A stretch of 64,000 nucleotides of DNA from Candidatus Bathyarchaeota archaeon (GCA_963726255.1 CAVSBL010000002.1:1312001-1376000), one strand, 5' to 3'. Numbered from the stretch's first letter, positions 49,138-60,954 are shown. The notes: a model not told the origin generated them from the letters alone. Made by a program: numbers and translations.

Positions 49138-49352
49138 TTCTTACCTACCTGCCTGAAATATCTCCACAGCACAAGTCTAGTTCGCGTAAGCTTGAGGCTC
49201 GCTTCGGAGAATCGTATCTCGAATACAAGAAAGTTACTCCGCCATGGTTTGGTAGGAAGACCAAAACGAGGTTGAATGAAGGAGAAACGCTGATGCAAAA
49301 GTAACGTAAGGAACAAGAACGAATCCATCAGCGAAGACAGCCCAAGAACAAG

Positions 49353-49913
49353 TTAAGTTGCTTTTGTCAGCTTCTCGCGGTAGTGTTCCCGGAACTTCCT
49401 AACTTTGGGCGCAATAACGACTTGGCAGTATTGTTGACCCGGGTTGTTCTCGAAATATCGTTGGTGGTAGTCCTCAGCCCTGTAGAAGGCCTTCAACGGT
49501 TCAACTTGCGTAACAATCGGCGCGTCCCAAATACCGGCCTTTGTGACTTCCTTGATCACTTGTTCAGCAACTGCCCTCTGTTCGCTATCATGGTAGAAGA
49601 TTACGGAACGGTACTGAGTGCCCACGTCAGCCCCTTGCCGGTTTAGAGTCGTAGGGTCATGTACGGTGAAGAAGATCTCAAGGATCTCCTTGTATGAGAT
49701 TATCTCAGGTTCGAAGGTAATTTGCACTACTTCGGCGTGCCCCGTTTTCCCTGTGCAAACCTGTTGGTAGGTTGGGTTTGATACAGTGCCTCCGGAGTAT
49801 CCGGACTCCACCTTCACTACGCCCTTCAATTCTGTGAAAACTGCTTCCGTGCACCAGAAACAGCCTCCCCCGAGAGTAGCCACTTCAAGACTCATGTTAC
49901 CATTTTGGGGCAA
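49353..49913 (-). CDS. msrA: Peptide methionine sulfoxide reductase A
   Basis: GCFWC, GHAEVV, HDPT, QYRS, AEDYHQ. Confidence 0.97.
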   Translation of the reverse strand: MPQNGNMSLEVATLGGGCFWCTEAVFTELKGVVKVESGYSGGTVSNPTYQQVCTGKTGHAEVVQITFEPEIISYKEILEIFFTVHDPTTLNRQGADVGTQYRSVIFYHDSEQRAVAEQVIKEVTKAGIWDAPIVTQVEPLKAFYRAEDYHQRYFENNPGQQYCQVVIAPKVRKFREHYREKLTKAT

Positions 49914-49990
49914 TCTTGGCCTATAAACAAATCATCGGCCAAGCGAAGGACATCCTAAATAATTCTGAGATGGCATGAAATCAGTTTCGG

Positions 49991-50455
49991 GTGCAGATGG
50001 ACTTGTATCGGTGGAAACATTTCGAAGTTTCTAACTCTACTCTGGCGGCCTTCGGAGCTGAGCGGCTGAAGAACCAAGTTGCATATCTGGCAACTGTAGG
50101 TGAAAATGGACGGCCACGAGTACATCCAGTAGGGCCCATCATTGGAGAGGGATTTTTGTTTGTATATATGGAGCCAACGTCACCCAAAGCGCACGACCTC
50201 AAGCAAAATGGATTATACGCGTTACATCCGTCCGTCAGTGATGTAAATGGAAGTAATGGTGAATTCATGATACGCGGACAAGCGACACTGATTGACGATC
50301 CTGAAATTCGCGCCATAGCCTCGAACCTAAGAAGACCTAAAACAAGCTACATTCTGTTCGAACTAGGCGTTGACGAAGCAATCGCCACGATCTACGTGAA
50401 CAACAAGCCATCAAGAACGAGATGGAAAAGAAATGACCAACCGTCCCTCGCCTAG
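49991..50455 (+). CDS. Pyridoxamine 5'-phosphate oxidase-like split-barrel protein
   Basis: YLATV...GRPRVHPV, SPKAHDL, IRGQA. Confidence 0.8.
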   Translation: MQMDLYRWKHFEVSNSTLAAFGAERLKNQVAYLATVGENGRPRVHPVGPIIGEGFLFVYMEPTSPKAHDLKQNGLYALHPSVSDVNGSNGEFMIRGQATLIDDPEIRAIASNLRRPKTSYILFELGVDEAIATIYVNNKPSRTRWKRNDQPSLA

Positions 50456-50594
50456 GCACTTCGTGAGTGTGGGTTGTAGATTGGTTTGCTCTCGGTGAAG
50501 AATGTGTGACATTAGAGGCTTGAAGCGTCGCTAGCGCCTCAGCGTAACTTGTAATGTCATTCGTCCTGTACAGAGTCTAGCTGCTTCTGCAGCA

Positions 50595-50780
50595 TTAATT
50601 GACGTCAAGCACCGTTTGGAGTGATTTCTCTACTGTTACTCGAATTTCTGTTTCAGCCGGAACCGCTGGCTCGATTGTCTGTTTTTCAACCTTTACAGAA
50701 TTCCGCTTTCCGCAGAACGCACAGCTGATTTCGCCCAGCCAGACTTTCCTCCCTTTCTTATCATTTTCTGACACAACCAT
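50595..50780 (-). CDS. Small CxxC protein
   Basis: CAFCGK; GGAGAGGTG upstream of ATG. Confidence 0.5.
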   Translation of the reverse strand: MVVSENDKKGRKVWLGEISCAFCGKRNSVKVEKQTIEPAVPAETEIRVTVEKSLQTVLDVN

Positions 50781-51492
50781 CACCTCTCCAGATAATTGCG
50801 GGAATTCTCTAATCCATTTCTGCCCTTCCTTACGCGAGCGATGATAACAATAATGAATGGCAATAATGAAAAGTCCCTTATCCTGCGCATGTAATTTTGA
50901 CAGAAAGCCACAACTACAACCAAATCGAGTTTGGAATGCTGCAAAACTGACTATTCTCGGCGTTCAAGGTTCCAGTTCATCTGGAAATAACAAAAGTAAC
51001 CCCGCTCCTGCATCCTGGACTGATTTTCTATACAAGCGTTATTTCGTCTCGTAATCACTAACCTCATGCGTATAGAAATGCAGAAACCGTCGGGATCTCA
51101 AAAAAGGAGATTGATTGAGGAAACGCGGGCGCGTTTAGCATATATCATCGTTCGCAAACGTGAATAGCTCCTTGCTGTGTCGGCACACCATCCAACTCGC
51201 ACAGGAGAGAACCACAATAACGGTTGTTGTACGGTTTTTGGTGGGATTGCTTCCCTGCCCAAGATTCCGTTAATCGAGGACTTGACTACGGGTTCCTCAA
51301 ATCGAGAAACAGCCGGCGCGCAGAGTTGCAACTTCTTGACTCATGCTTCCAAGCTATTGTGAATTGGACGTATAAACAAAAACCATTGAACGGTTCTGTT
51401 AGGTTCTTGGGTGTTGGTTTGACTGTTAAGTATCGGGTGATGATGCTTTTCTAGATTCCATGTTTGTGCCACCATGATGAGTGTTGAGGATG

Positions 51493-52458
51493 TCATTCAA
51501 GCCTTAGCGTGGTATGGAGTTTTCTGGACAGGTTCTCGAGGTCTTGGACGACGTAGAAGAAAGCCATCCACGACCACTTACCCCACCGACGGATCCCTTC
51601 CCGTTTCACGACCTCAACCGCTTCCCTGCTGTTCTCAGGCTCCTTTCCGTAGAACAATTTTCCAAACACGGTTGCTGACCAGACATCGATTGGGAAACCT
51701 CCCGGGCGGTTAATCATGTCGGCAGAATAGTCGCCTATTCCCGGCAGTTCCATCAACACTCGTCTTGCTTCTTCTCGTGTGAGCGCTTTCAGTTCAGCAA
51801 GTGTCGGTCCGGAGTTCCTTGACATCATCTTTGCCAGCTTCACTAAGCGTTTGGCGCGGTAACCTACCTTGCAAGTTTTCGCCAGCTGCTCAGCTGTGAG
51901 TCTACTGATGCGCATGAACGTTGGCCAGATCCGGATGCGCCTTCCGTCGAACTCGGCCGTCTGACCGTACTTTGTTATTACACAGTTCATCATTTGGTTA
52001 CCTCGCTTGATGCCGGTCATCTGCAGCAGAATTGCGAGGGTTGCCCGCGCGAACAGTGAACTTGAAAACGTGTCGTGCATTCCATATAGGTCCGTAATTA
52101 CGTGCCTCAGTATGGGGTCGTTACTTGCAAGCGTGTAGAATGGAGCTAGGTCTTCATTCACCCCTAATAGGTCATTCAACCCCTCCTTCACATTCTCTCT
52201 CATAGCCGCAATCGCGTGCCTCTTGGTGAATACGTCTGCTCTCAGGAGTGGGTGATCGGTATTCCCAAGCGATCGAAGTTTAACGCCTACCAGTTCGTCG
52301 TTAAGGTGTAGGGCTGACCATAGCGTCTCATTCTCGTACACTTCGAAGGGAGTGAAGAGAGACCAGCCTGATGGTTTCTCCACCGTGAGCTTGAAACAGT
52401 AAGGGCTGACAGGCTTAACCTGATACGAGAACCGATGGGGTAACTTCATCTGCGCCAC
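51493..52458 (-). CDS. HhH-GPD DNA glycosylase (AlkA/Ogg-like)
   Basis: GYRAK, LPGIGDYSA, FPIDVW. Confidence 0.85.
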   Translation of the reverse strand: MAQMKLPHRFSYQVKPVSPYCFKLTVEKPSGWSLFTPFEVYENETLWSALHLNDELVGVKLRSLGNTDHPLLRADVFTKRHAIAAMRENVKEGLNDLLGVNEDLAPFYTLASNDPILRHVITDLYGMHDTFSSSLFARATLAILLQMTGIKRGNQMMNCVITKYGQTAEFDGRRIRIWPTFMRISRLTAEQLAKTCKVGYRAKRLVKLAKMMSRNSGPTLAELKALTREEARRVLMELPGIGDYSADMINRPGGFPIDVWSATVFGKLFYGKEPENSREAVEVVKREGIRRWGKWSWMAFFYVVQDLENLSRKLHTTLRLE

Positions 52459-52497
52459 GAACCGAAACTAAAGAGGAGACGATTGCTTGGATGGGAG

Positions 52498-52881
52498 TTA
52501 TGTGAATTGCCAGAGCCCGACTACGTTGCCTTCTGTGTCCCTGAAGTATGCTGCGAAACCGAAGTTTCCGACGGGCGTTCTTGGTTGGATGACTTTGCCT
52601 CCGTTCTGCTCGATAGTTGCCGCTGCCTCGTCAATGCTCTCCACGCTAATGTAGATGACGGGGGACTTAACTGAGTCACGCCGCTCCAACAGGCCACCGT
52701 TTATTGCGCCGGGTTCCTTTGGCTTTCCTCGAACTCCGAGCCCATCAGCCTCAACGGTTCCGACTTGTGTGTAATGCATCTCTGGAATCTCGTTCATTTT
52801 CCAACCAAAAACTGTACCGTAGAATCTCCTTGCGCGCGCTAGGTTGTCCGCTGGTATTTCGAAGAATATTACCTTGTCCAA
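52498..52881 (-). CDS. VOC family protein
   Basis: FEIPADN..RARRFY..VFGW, INGG, DTEGNVVGLW. Confidence 0.88.
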   Translation of the reverse strand: MDKVIFFEIPADNLARARRFYGTVFGWKMNEIPEMHYTQVGTVEADGLGVRGKPKEPGAINGGLLERRDSVKSPVIYISVESIDEAAATIEQNGGKVIQPRTPVGNFGFAAYFRDTEGNVVGLWQFT

Positions 52882-52915
52882 ATCCTCACCTCCAACAGTT
52901 TAGTCACACCTGAAC

Positions 52916-53866
52916 CTATGAGGGTTGCTGGTTCGTAGAAACTTGCAGGACAAGTTTCCCACGGTTGTGACCTTGAAGGCCCCGCTCGTATGCCTCGCGG
53001 GTGCGAGAGAGTGGATAGACAGCTTCGACTATGGGACGAACGGTGCCTCCGTCGATTAGCTGAGAGATCTGAGTGAGCTGAGTCCGGTTCGGCTGTACGA
53101 GAAAAGACACTCCACGTACGCCGTACTTAGTCGCTTTCGCTTCAGGAGCGTCACCAGCAACCGTAACCAGAACACCGCCTCTACGCAGAATCCCCCAAGA
53201 ACGTTCCAGCGTCTCACCGCCAACTGTATCGAGAATCATATCCACATCTCGAATCTTGTCCTCGAAACGAACAGCGGTGTAATCCAGAACCTCGTCTGCG
53301 CCTAATTCACGCAAGAAGGCATGCTTGGTTCGAGAAGCAGTTCCGATGACGTGTGCCCCGCGCCAGTGCGCAAATTGAACTGCCCACGTACCCACTCCAC
53401 CCGCTGCGCCGTGGATCAAAACGCGGTCGCCTGCAGACAAGTTTGCATGATCGAACAAAGCCTGTCATGCTGTCAGTCCTGACAATGGTACGGCAGACGC
53501 GTGAACATGGTCGAGGGACCTTGGCTTTGGAGCCAGGTCGGCGGCTCGCGCTGTGACGTATTCGGCCGCTGCCCCGTCTCGCCAGAAATCTAACAGGCCA
53601 AATACGGCATCGCCTACAGATACGTCGGATACACCAGAAGCCACCTCCTCCATCGTGCCTGAGACTTCGAAGCTTGGCACGACAGGCAACCGATCCTTTC
53701 CATCAGAGGTAGTGAAAGTCGAATTCCAAGTGAATTCGGTCGGCGTGATAGCAGCTGCATGAACCCTGATCAGAGCGTCTCCCTTAGCGATTTTCGGAAC
53801 TGGCGCATCTTCGTAAACTAGCTCCTCCGGGCCCCCACGGGAATGGATCCTAACGGCTTTCATCAA
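52916..53866 (-). pseudogene. MDR-family NADP-dependent oxidoreductase interrupted by an in-frame TGA at 53465-53467
   Basis: Reads GLTA*QALFDH where the family has GLTAWQAL; GAAGGVG follows in the same frame. Confidence 0.8.
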
Positions 53867-53928
53867 ACTCTACACCCTTCGCTAAGATAGTGAACAGCGA
53901 TTCTTAATCCCGTCCCTACACCGAAGAG

Positions 53929-53966
53929 GAATTTCGACAAGGTTAAGCACTGCCTTGACGAATTTC
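53929..53966. promoter_or_regulatory. Long inverted repeat in the divergent promoter
   Basis: GAATTTCGACAAGG-N10-CCTTGACGAATTTC, 12/14 match. Confidence 0.55.
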
Positions 53967-53974
53967 AACCAGCC

Positions 53975-54901
53975 ATGCACCGCCTCGACGACCTTGACGT
54001 TAGGATAATGAAAGAACTGGGTAGCCCCAACTCGTTTCAATGGAACGTCAGAGAGACCTATTCGAACATAGCCAGAAGGGTCGGCGTCGATGAAGAGACC
54101 GTCAGGAGGAGACTCAAGCGAGCGGAAGAGCGAGGATCTTTGCCTGGCTGGAGGATGATGGTCAATCCGCACTTGATAGGATGCGAAGCCGCCAGCCTAG
54201 ACCTGGAGGTTGAAGACGAAGAGAAGAAGGATAGCACGATTGCCGAGATCAGGCGGATCGATGGGGTCATAAAGATACTTGACTTCCGAGGAAGAGGACT
54301 GCAGGTGACGCTGTACTCTCAGAACACGGACGCGCAGAGAAGGAAGACGGAGCTCATCGGCTCGATCTGTGGTTCTTCAGAAACAACCGTTTGGGAACTG
54401 GGTTTTCCTCACTCAGACGTTCGGATGATGAGGACTGACTGGAAGATAATGCAGGAGATGCTGGGGGACGCAAGGAAGAGTCTTGAAGATGTCTCGGAAT
54501 CCGTAGGTGTGTCAGTCCGGACAGTCGAAAGACGGTTGACGTCAATGAGGGACGGACGCGCGGTCTATCTGCAGGGTATTCCCAACTTTAGGATGTTCGC
54601 GGGCCTAAGCTGCGTCTTTCTAGTGTTCTGTCCTGATGCAAAGAGAAAGAGTTTGGTCGATGAACTCATGCTCTCCAAGGTGCGCAGAATTGAGCTCGCC
54701 AATACTGGTTCAGCCCAATATTCGACATTCGTAATGATCTTCGACAATCTCTCAGAAGCTGATGACACCACCAAATGGATTAGGGGTCTTGACGGCGTCA
54801 CTAGTGTAAAGATGGGCATAATGAAGGAGCTTATCGTCGTGCAAGATTGGCTCGGAGATGAGATAAGTAAGCGAATAGCAACGGATTCATTTGACGGATA
54901 A
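53975..54901 (+). CDS. Duplicated Lrp/AsnC-family transcriptional regulator
   Basis: LDDLDVRIMKEL...IARRVGVDEETVRRRL, and a second HTH DARKSL..VGVSVRTVERRL. Confidence 0.85.
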   Translation: MHRLDDLDVRIMKELGSPNSFQWNVRETYSNIARRVGVDEETVRRRLKRAEERGSLPGWRMMVNPHLIGCEAASLDLEVEDEEKKDSTIAEIRRIDGVIKILDFRGRGLQVTLYSQNTDAQRRKTELIGSICGSSETTVWELGFPHSDVRMMRTDWKIMQEMLGDARKSLEDVSESVGVSVRTVERRLTSMRDGRAVYLQGIPNFRMFAGLSCVFLVFCPDAKRKSLVDELMLSKVRRIELANTGSAQYSTFVMIFDNLSEADDTTKWIRGLDGVTSVKMGIMKELIVVQDWLGDEISKRIATDSFDG

Positions 54902-55139
54902 CGCTTACGGATTTGAGTTCGAATCTTCTCGTGGCTTTGTTCTCGTGTTTTCGCTGTTTGAATCATGTGATCGCCTGTGGGTCAGTGCAGTGTTTTGCAT
55001 TACTGAAAATTCTCACTGCGATGATATTCACAACTATGAGTCAGCGACAGAAAGGATAATTCGTGCCAGACGCGCTCATATTACGGTGAGATTCTTGCAG
55101 CAGCGGATAATTCCGGACGTCGAAAATCTGGAAACGGCA

Positions 55140-55823
55140 ATGAAGATAGTGAGAGATGTCGAGTTAGCATATCACCGGACGATAGAAGAGAACATCTCCT
55201 ACTGGTGGGCAGTTGAGGAGGACATCATAGAAAGCTACACAAAACTGATGAACCAGACAAACGACGAGAGGGTTAAAGCAACGCTTTCCAAGATCATTCC
55301 CGACTTGAAAAGTCATGTTGAAGTTTTAGAATCGATGAGAGAGAGTTTCAAGAAGATTTTGGCAGACGTCAAGAACCATGGCGAAATGATTCAGGCACTC
55401 TACTTTGAAGAGCCGAAGCAGCCCGTCGGGATGGTCGTTGACGAAGCAAGGTCAAAACAGCAATGCGAGGAGCTTGAAAGGGTGTGGGTAACCCTCAATG
55501 AAGCCGCGGCCGAATTGGGAAAACAAATCACTACTCTTCCACCCGACATCGGAGTATCATTGAGAGGGATACGGGCACTCATCAACCTCTGCAAGTCACA
55601 CCCGAAGCTGGATCAATTGACCCCGGGCGAGCTTGATGCATACGAAGGATTCTGCGTAACCTGCTGCGGAGCCGACGTCGTTGCTCGCATTAAATGTGAG
55701 TTACGAAATGCCCAGGACATGATAATCCTCAAGGCAATGAACGAGCTTGGAAGCGACTACGCTGTAAGGCTGCAACAAAAAACCCTCAAGTCGTGGGAGG
55801 CAGGGAAGATCCTCGAAGTCTGA
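55140..55823 (+). CDS. Ferritin-like helices fused to a DUF2096-like domain (start uncertain)
   Basis: EEDIIESY...KSH helical pair; WVTLNE...; CVTCC. Confidence 0.5.
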   Translation: MKIVRDVELAYHRTIEENISYWWAVEEDIIESYTKLMNQTNDERVKATLSKIIPDLKSHVEVLESMRESFKKILADVKNHGEMIQALYFEEPKQPVGMVVDEARSKQQCEELERVWVTLNEAAAELGKQITTLPPDIGVSLRGIRALINLCKSHPKLDQLTPGELDAYEGFCVTCCGADVVARIKCELRNAQDMIILKAMNELGSDYAVRLQQKTLKSWEAGKILEV

Positions 55824-56039
55824 TACGGGAGTTCTTACGTCTTGAGGCCGCGAGAGAAAATGATGAAATCATTGGAAGCGACAAAACCGCTTACAGCTTG
55901 AACATGATCGGGCGCCTCAACGACCAGCGGTCTCCGACCGCACACTGTATTTATGTACAATCCAAAATATATAATCGTAAATAGGGTACCAGCATCATCT
56001 ATATACGCGGTTATCAGGCACAGGGCATAAAGGTTCTAT

Positions 56040-57242
56040 TTGCAGCGAACGCGCCCTCGGTCCCAAGCTGCTGCTCTCGAACAACCCGTCTTCGACTCTA
56101 CGGAGAAAACGGCGACGAAGATCGACCCCACGCTGTCGTCAAAACTCCAGAAACTCGGTGCAACACGACTTGTCCGATGCTACAATTGCGGCACGTGCAC
56201 AGCGATCTGCCCTCTCTCGGAAGAAAATGCTGAGTTCCCCCGGACGCTGATAAGATATGCGATAATTGGGGCCGAAGAGAAGCTACTTTCATCCCCCGGG
56301 CTCTGGTTATGTTACTACTGTGGCGAATGCTCCGACAGTTGCCCAAGGGACGCTGACCCCGGCGCCTTCCTCATGGCTGCTCGAAGGTATGCTACCAGGC
56401 AGTACTCTTGGGGAAGGGTGGCCTCTGTTTTCTACGATAACCAGGTTTCGTCAGCAGCAGGAATTGTAGCGCTTACTCTAATTGCTATTTTCGGCTTTCT
56501 GTTGATGATGGGTAACCCGACCTTCAGCTCCCCCAACTTGCAGGCTCTCTTTTCTTTCCAGGTCTTGCATGACGTTGGCCTCGTGCTGGGGGTTCTGGTG
56601 GGTCTAAGCGTGTTAGCGAACGTCGCAATTATGATGCGATGTTTGCATTTCGACGGTCACAGAGAAGTTCCAATTGCCCGTCGACTTGGGATCTGGGTCT
56701 CCAGCCTTGTGAATTCCTTAGTAAGGTCGGCCTTGGCTCAAACCAATTACCTGAAGTGTACAAACAGGAACCGCTACCTAGCCCATATGGCCTTGTTTTG
56801 GGGATTCGTTGGGCTTGCGGTAGCCACGACGGTTGATTTCGTGATTGGCCTCGGCAAGGTTCCGCTTTACCCGGTTCCACCTCAACGAATGTTGGGCATT
56901 CTGAGCGGTATTGCGTTTACAGCCGGCGCAGGATACTATCTCGTGAAGCGCTTTAAGAAAGATGAGCGACACGTAAAGTTGAGTCATTTATCGGACTGGA
57001 CATTTGTTGTCTTAATGCTGCTTGCCGGTGTCTCCGGTCTGCTGCTTACTTTGTCGATGTACGAGGACTCTGGTATAGCTGCAAACTCACTTTATGCAAT
57101 TCATTTGGTGATAGTTTTCGACCTCATCCTTTTGGCGCCATTCACTAAGTTTGCCCACGCAGTCTACAGGCCTCTTGCAATATGGATCAACCAAGCGGAA
57201 ACGAACTTCCTGATGCTCAGAGCAAAGGAAGGTGTCAGGTAG
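56040..57242 (+). CDS. QmoC-like membrane subunit (HdrC-type 2x[4Fe-4S] plus cytochrome b-like TM domain)
   Basis: CYNCGTCTAICP, CYYCGECSDSCPR; TM helices with HMALFWGF, HLV and KFAHAVYRP. Confidence 0.85.
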   Translation: MQRTRPRSQAAALEQPVFDSTEKTATKIDPTLSSKLQKLGATRLVRCYNCGTCTAICPLSEENAEFPRTLIRYAIIGAEEKLLSSPGLWLCYYCGECSDSCPRDADPGAFLMAARRYATRQYSWGRVASVFYDNQVSSAAGIVALTLIAIFGFLLMMGNPTFSSPNLQALFSFQVLHDVGLVLGVLVGLSVLANVAIMMRCLHFDGHREVPIARRLGIWVSSLVNSLVRSALAQTNYLKCTNRNRYLAHMALFWGFVGLAVATTVDFVIGLGKVPLYPVPPQRMLGILSGIAFTAGAGYYLVKRFKKDERHVKLSHLSDWTFVVLMLLAGVSGLLLTLSMYEDSGIAANSLYAIHLVIVFDLILLAPFTKFAHAVYRPLAIWINQAETNFLMLRAKEGVR

Positions 57243-58569
57243 AGTGAAACCCGCTCTTGTTGTGGGTGGCGGCATAGCGGGCATACAAGCAGCCGTCGAC
57301 CTAGCTGAGCAAGGCATCAAGACGTACTTGGTTGAGAAGACGCCAAGCATCGGGGGAAGGATGGCCCAACTTGACAAAACGTTTCCCACTCTGGACTGTG
57401 CATCATGCATACTGACTCCTAAGATGGTCTCCGTCGCCAAGAACGACAACATTGAACTCTTAACCTACGCCGAGGTTCAGGAAATAAAGGGAACCGCAGG
57501 CAACTTCACCGTCAAAGTTCTCAAGAAGCCCAGGTATGTCGAAGTGGAAAAGTGCCTTGGGTGCGGAGAGTGCATTACCAAGTGTCCCATGTCCGTGCCA
57601 GACGAATTCAACCTTGGAATGAAAAATAGGGGAGCAATCTATTGGCCATTCCCACAAGCAGTTCCTCTCATCGCAACTATAGACGCTGAGCACTGCTTTT
57701 ACTTCACGAGAGACAAGAAATGCCGGATTTGCGAGAAAATCTGTCCAACTGAGGCAATCAACTTCAAACAGGAACCAGCAACAGTAGAGCTCAACGTTGC
57801 TTCGATCATAATCACGACTGGGTTCCAGCTGCAAGATCCCACGCAAGTTCCGGCGTACGGCTACGGGAAGTATGCAAACGTGCGCACGTCTCTCGAATTC
57901 GAGAGACTCGTTTCTGCCACGGGACCCACCGCAGGTCAAATTCTTAGGGGCACTGGCCCTGGGCAGAGCGACCCTCGTCACGTTGTTCTTGATAGGTCGC
58001 ATCCCAAGAGCATTGCATTCATCCAATGCGTTTGTTCGAGGGATGTACGGATGAACCCAAACTGTTCCGCATTCTGTTGCACAGCATCAGTGAAACAGGC
58101 AATACTCGCGAAAGAACATCTTCCCACAGTTGATTGCACTGTTTTCTACATGGATCTGAGAGCCTACGGCAAGGGATACCAAGAATTCTACAATAGAGCC
58201 GTAGGAGAGTTTGGGGTCGAATTCGTACGGGCGAGACCGGCCAAAATCGATGAAGTGTCGGAGACCAAGAACCTCGTAGTCACGTACGAAGACACTTACT
58301 CAGGACGCCTTGTGAAGAGGGAGTTCGAAATGGTCGTCCTTGCCCTAGGCGTGAAAATGAACGCCGTGACTGAATTCATAGACCTCCCTCTCGACGAGGA
58401 TGGATATGTCAAACTTTCAGGATCTTGCATGGATCCAGTCTCGACAAACGTGGACGGTATCTTTGCAGCTGGCGTAGCCGCTGGGGCCAAAGACATTCCC
58501 GACTCCGTCACACAAGCAAGTGCCGCCGCGATGCGGGCATCGATCTTAGCTGCGAATGGTGAAGAATGA
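57232..58569 (+). CDS. hdrA: HdrA-family flavoprotein (QmoA-like)
   Basis: GGGIAG, GGRMAQLDKTFPTLDC, CVCSRD, CSAFCC, KDIPDSV. Confidence 0.9.
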   Translation: MSGRVKPALVVGGGIAGIQAAVDLAEQGIKTYLVEKTPSIGGRMAQLDKTFPTLDCASCILTPKMVSVAKNDNIELLTYAEVQEIKGTAGNFTVKVLKKPRYVEVEKCLGCGECITKCPMSVPDEFNLGMKNRGAIYWPFPQAVPLIATIDAEHCFYFTRDKKCRICEKICPTEAINFKQEPATVELNVASIIITTGFQLQDPTQVPAYGYGKYANVRTSLEFERLVSATGPTAGQILRGTGPGQSDPRHVVLDRSHPKSIAFIQCVCSRDVRMNPNCSAFCCTASVKQAILAKEHLPTVDCTVFYMDLRAYGKGYQEFYNRAVGEFGVEFVRARPAKIDEVSETKNLVVTYEDTYSGRLVKREFEMVVLALGVKMNAVTEFIDLPLDEDGYVKLSGSCMDPVSTNVDGIFAAGVAAGAKDIPDSVTQASAAAMRASILAANGEE

Positions 58570-60527
58570 TGAGCCAAGAGCCGAAAGTGGGAGTATACGT
58601 CTGTCACTGCGGAGTAAACATAGCTGGAACAATCAACGTCAAAGAAGTAGTAGAGTATTCCAGAACATTGCCCAACGTCGTCGACGCGAACGAATACATC
58701 TTCATGTGTTCAGCACCCGGGCAGGACCTGATCAAAGAGAGCGTAAAGAGAGGTATCAACCGGATTGTAGTGGCCGCCTGTTCTCCTTCCATGCATGAAC
58801 CAACATTCCGGGCTGCCATGACCGAAGCTGGGCTCAACCCATACCTCCTTGAAATGGTCAATATCAGGGAACACAACGCGTGGGTCCATTCCGATCAGAA
58901 GGTGAAAGCAACAGAAAAGACAAAGGACCTGATCAGGATGGCTGTGGCCAAAGCCCGCCTCTTGGAGCCCCTTGAGGAACTGCATGTCGGAATGCAGCCG
59001 GTCGCATTAATCCTAGGAGGAGGAGCAGCAGGGATCAGAGCCTCCCTCGACCTCGCCGAGAGAGGGTACAAAGTTCAACTCGTCGAAAAACTTCCCACTC
59101 TAGGAGGAAAAACCGCCAGACTAGGCAAGTTCCCAGATTCAGAAACAACTGGAGCCGGTCTCCTAGCACCCCTAATGGACGCCGTGACTCGCGACCAGAA
59201 CATTACATTACATATGAACTCAGAGGTGACAGGCGTTGATGGTTCGATAGGGTACTTCAAAGTCAAGGTGAGAAAGAACCCGAGATTCGTCAACGCAAAA
59301 TGCACGCTCTGCGAAGACTGCGCGCGTGTCTGTCCAGTGGAGGTCCCTAACGAATATGAGTATGGACTTTCCAAGCGAAAGGCCATCTATCTTCCCTTCA
59401 GCGAAGCTCGACCACGGATATTTGCCATAGACCCTGCCGCTTGCACAAAATGCGGTAAATGTCTCGAAGTCTGCCAACCTGGGGCGATCAACCTCGAAGA
59501 GCAGCCGGAAGAGGCTGAATTTGCAGTAGGCGGGATAATCATTGCAACCGGTTACGAACCGTATGAACCGTTAGTAGGAGAATTTGGATACAGGACCTCT
59601 GATAGAGTTCTGACACTTTTCCAATTGGAGAGGCTCCTAGACCCAGCGGGGCCCACTGAGGGCAAACTCCAACTACGAGGGGTTGTTCCGAAAACAATTG
59701 CGTTCGTAATGTGCGTCGGATCCTTGGGGACGACAGAGAACGCCCATGCGTATTGCTCGCGAATGTGCTGCGCGTCTGCCCTGAAGAACATGTTGAGAAT
59801 CAAGAAACAGTACCCTGAGACTGAAGTTTATGCAATATACAAGGACATCAGAACCTACGGAAGGCACGACGAGAAACTGTATGAGCAAGCAGCAGAGCAC
59901 TCCGTCAAGTTCGTTAATTTCGAAAAACCTCCGCTAGTGGGTCAGTCACAAGATTCCCAGAGGATTTTCGTTAAGGTCTATGATCCAACCATCCAGGAAA
60001 ACCTGGTGATCCCTGTTGATGCCGTTGTGCTTGCCGTCGGCATGTCTCCGAACAAGGACATGGACAAGATTCGAGCTCTCATAAAGGTAGGGTGCAGCCC
60101 CGAGGGTTTCCTGAGAGAAGCCCATCCCAAACTTCGCCCAGTGGAAGCTCCAGCAGACGGGATTTTCTTGGCCGGTACCGTCACGAGCCCCAAGAACGTG
60201 TTTGAGAGCGTGATGTCGGGAAGTGCTTCAGCAGCTAAGGCCTCAAGCTTATTCTCCAAAAGAGAAGTTGGGATCGAACCAATCATAGCTAAAGTGAACG
60301 AAGAAATCTGCAGCGGCTGTTCGATCTGCATCGCAATGTGCCCATACGGTGCAATCTCCAGAAAGAAACAGGGTGAGAAAAGAGTAGCTCAAGTCGACAC
60401 GGCTCTTTGCAAAGGATGCGGAGCATGCGTAGCCACCTGTCCGTCGGGGGCCATGCAGCAGGCAGGATTCAAAGATGTTCAAGTCATGGCTCAAATTGCG
60501 GCCATATCAGAAAGGGGGCATAGCTGA
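58566..60527 (+). CDS. hdrA: HdrA-family flavoprotein (QmoB-like)
   Basis: [35 protein letters not shown]; C-terminal 2x[4Fe-4S]. Confidence 0.92.
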   Translation: MMSQEPKVGVYVCHCGVNIAGTINVKEVVEYSRTLPNVVDANEYIFMCSAPGQDLIKESVKRGINRIVVAACSPSMHEPTFRAAMTEAGLNPYLLEMVNIREHNAWVHSDQKVKATEKTKDLIRMAVAKARLLEPLEELHVGMQPVALILGGGAAGIRASLDLAERGYKVQLVEKLPTLGGKTARLGKFPDSETTGAGLLAPLMDAVTRDQNITLHMNSEVTGVDGSIGYFKVKVRKNPRFVNAKCTLCEDCARVCPVEVPNEYEYGLSKRKAIYLPFSEARPRIFAIDPAACTKCGKCLEVCQPGAINLEEQPEEAEFAVGGIIIATGYEPYEPLVGEFGYRTSDRVLTLFQLERLLDPAGPTEGKLQLRGVVPKTIAFVMCVGSLGTTENAHAYCSRMCCASALKNMLRIKKQYPETEVYAIYKDIRTYGRHDEKLYEQAAEHSVKFVNFEKPPLVGQSQDSQRIFVKVYDPTIQENLVIPVDAVVLAVGMSPNKDMDKIRALIKVGCSPEGFLREAHPKLRPVEAPADGIFLAGTVTSPKNVFESVMSGSASAAKASSLFSKREVGIEPIIAKVNEEICSGCSICIAMCPYGAISRKKQGEKRVAQVDTALCKGCGACVATCPSGAMQQAGFKDVQVMAQIAAISERGHS

Positions 60528-60528
60528 G

Positions 60529-60954
60529 ATGAGCAACGAGTTCGAACCGAAAATTGTACTGTTTGCATGCAATTGGTGCACTTACGCAGCATTGGACCTT
60601 GCGGGAACTAGCCGAATGAAGTATCCTCCGAATTTCAGAGTCATCAAAGTGATGTGCTCCGGAAGAATAGACCCACAATTCATCGTCGAAGCCTTCAAAC
60701 AAGGAGCAGACGGCGTTCTAGTTGCAGGTTGCCATCTCGGCGATTGCCACTACATCGAGGGTAATTACAAAACGATGAGACGCGTGACGCTGCTGAAGAG
60801 AATGCTAGATCAACTCGGGATAGAGAAAGAAAGGCTCCGGCTGGAATGGATCTCGGCGTCAGAAGCCGTGAAGTTCGTAGAGATCGCCAAAGAGATGGTC
60901 GAACAGATCAAAGCCCTCGGTCCACTGGCACCACGAATCCAGGTGAGCGCATGA
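60529..60954 (+). CDS. mvhD: MvhD [2Fe-2S] subunit
   Basis: [24 protein letters not shown]. Confidence 0.95.
   Translation: MSNEFEPKIVLFACNWCTYAALDLAGTSRMKYPPNFRVIKVMCSGRIDPQFIVEAFKQGADGVLVAGCHLGDCHYIEGNYKTMRRVTLLKRMLDQLGIEKERLRLEWISASEAVKFVEIAKEMVEQIKALGPLAPRIQVSA

Noticed and set aside
50463-50490. Possible further repeat half-copy gtgagtgtgggtt (also 31421, 33492, 54976)
   Set aside because: Only 8-12 nt partial matches; cannot be distinguished from chance without a PWM
53465-53467. Selenocysteine or alternative-code readthrough
   Set aside because: The position corresponds to Trp, not Cys, and TGA is a normal stop elsewhere in the window
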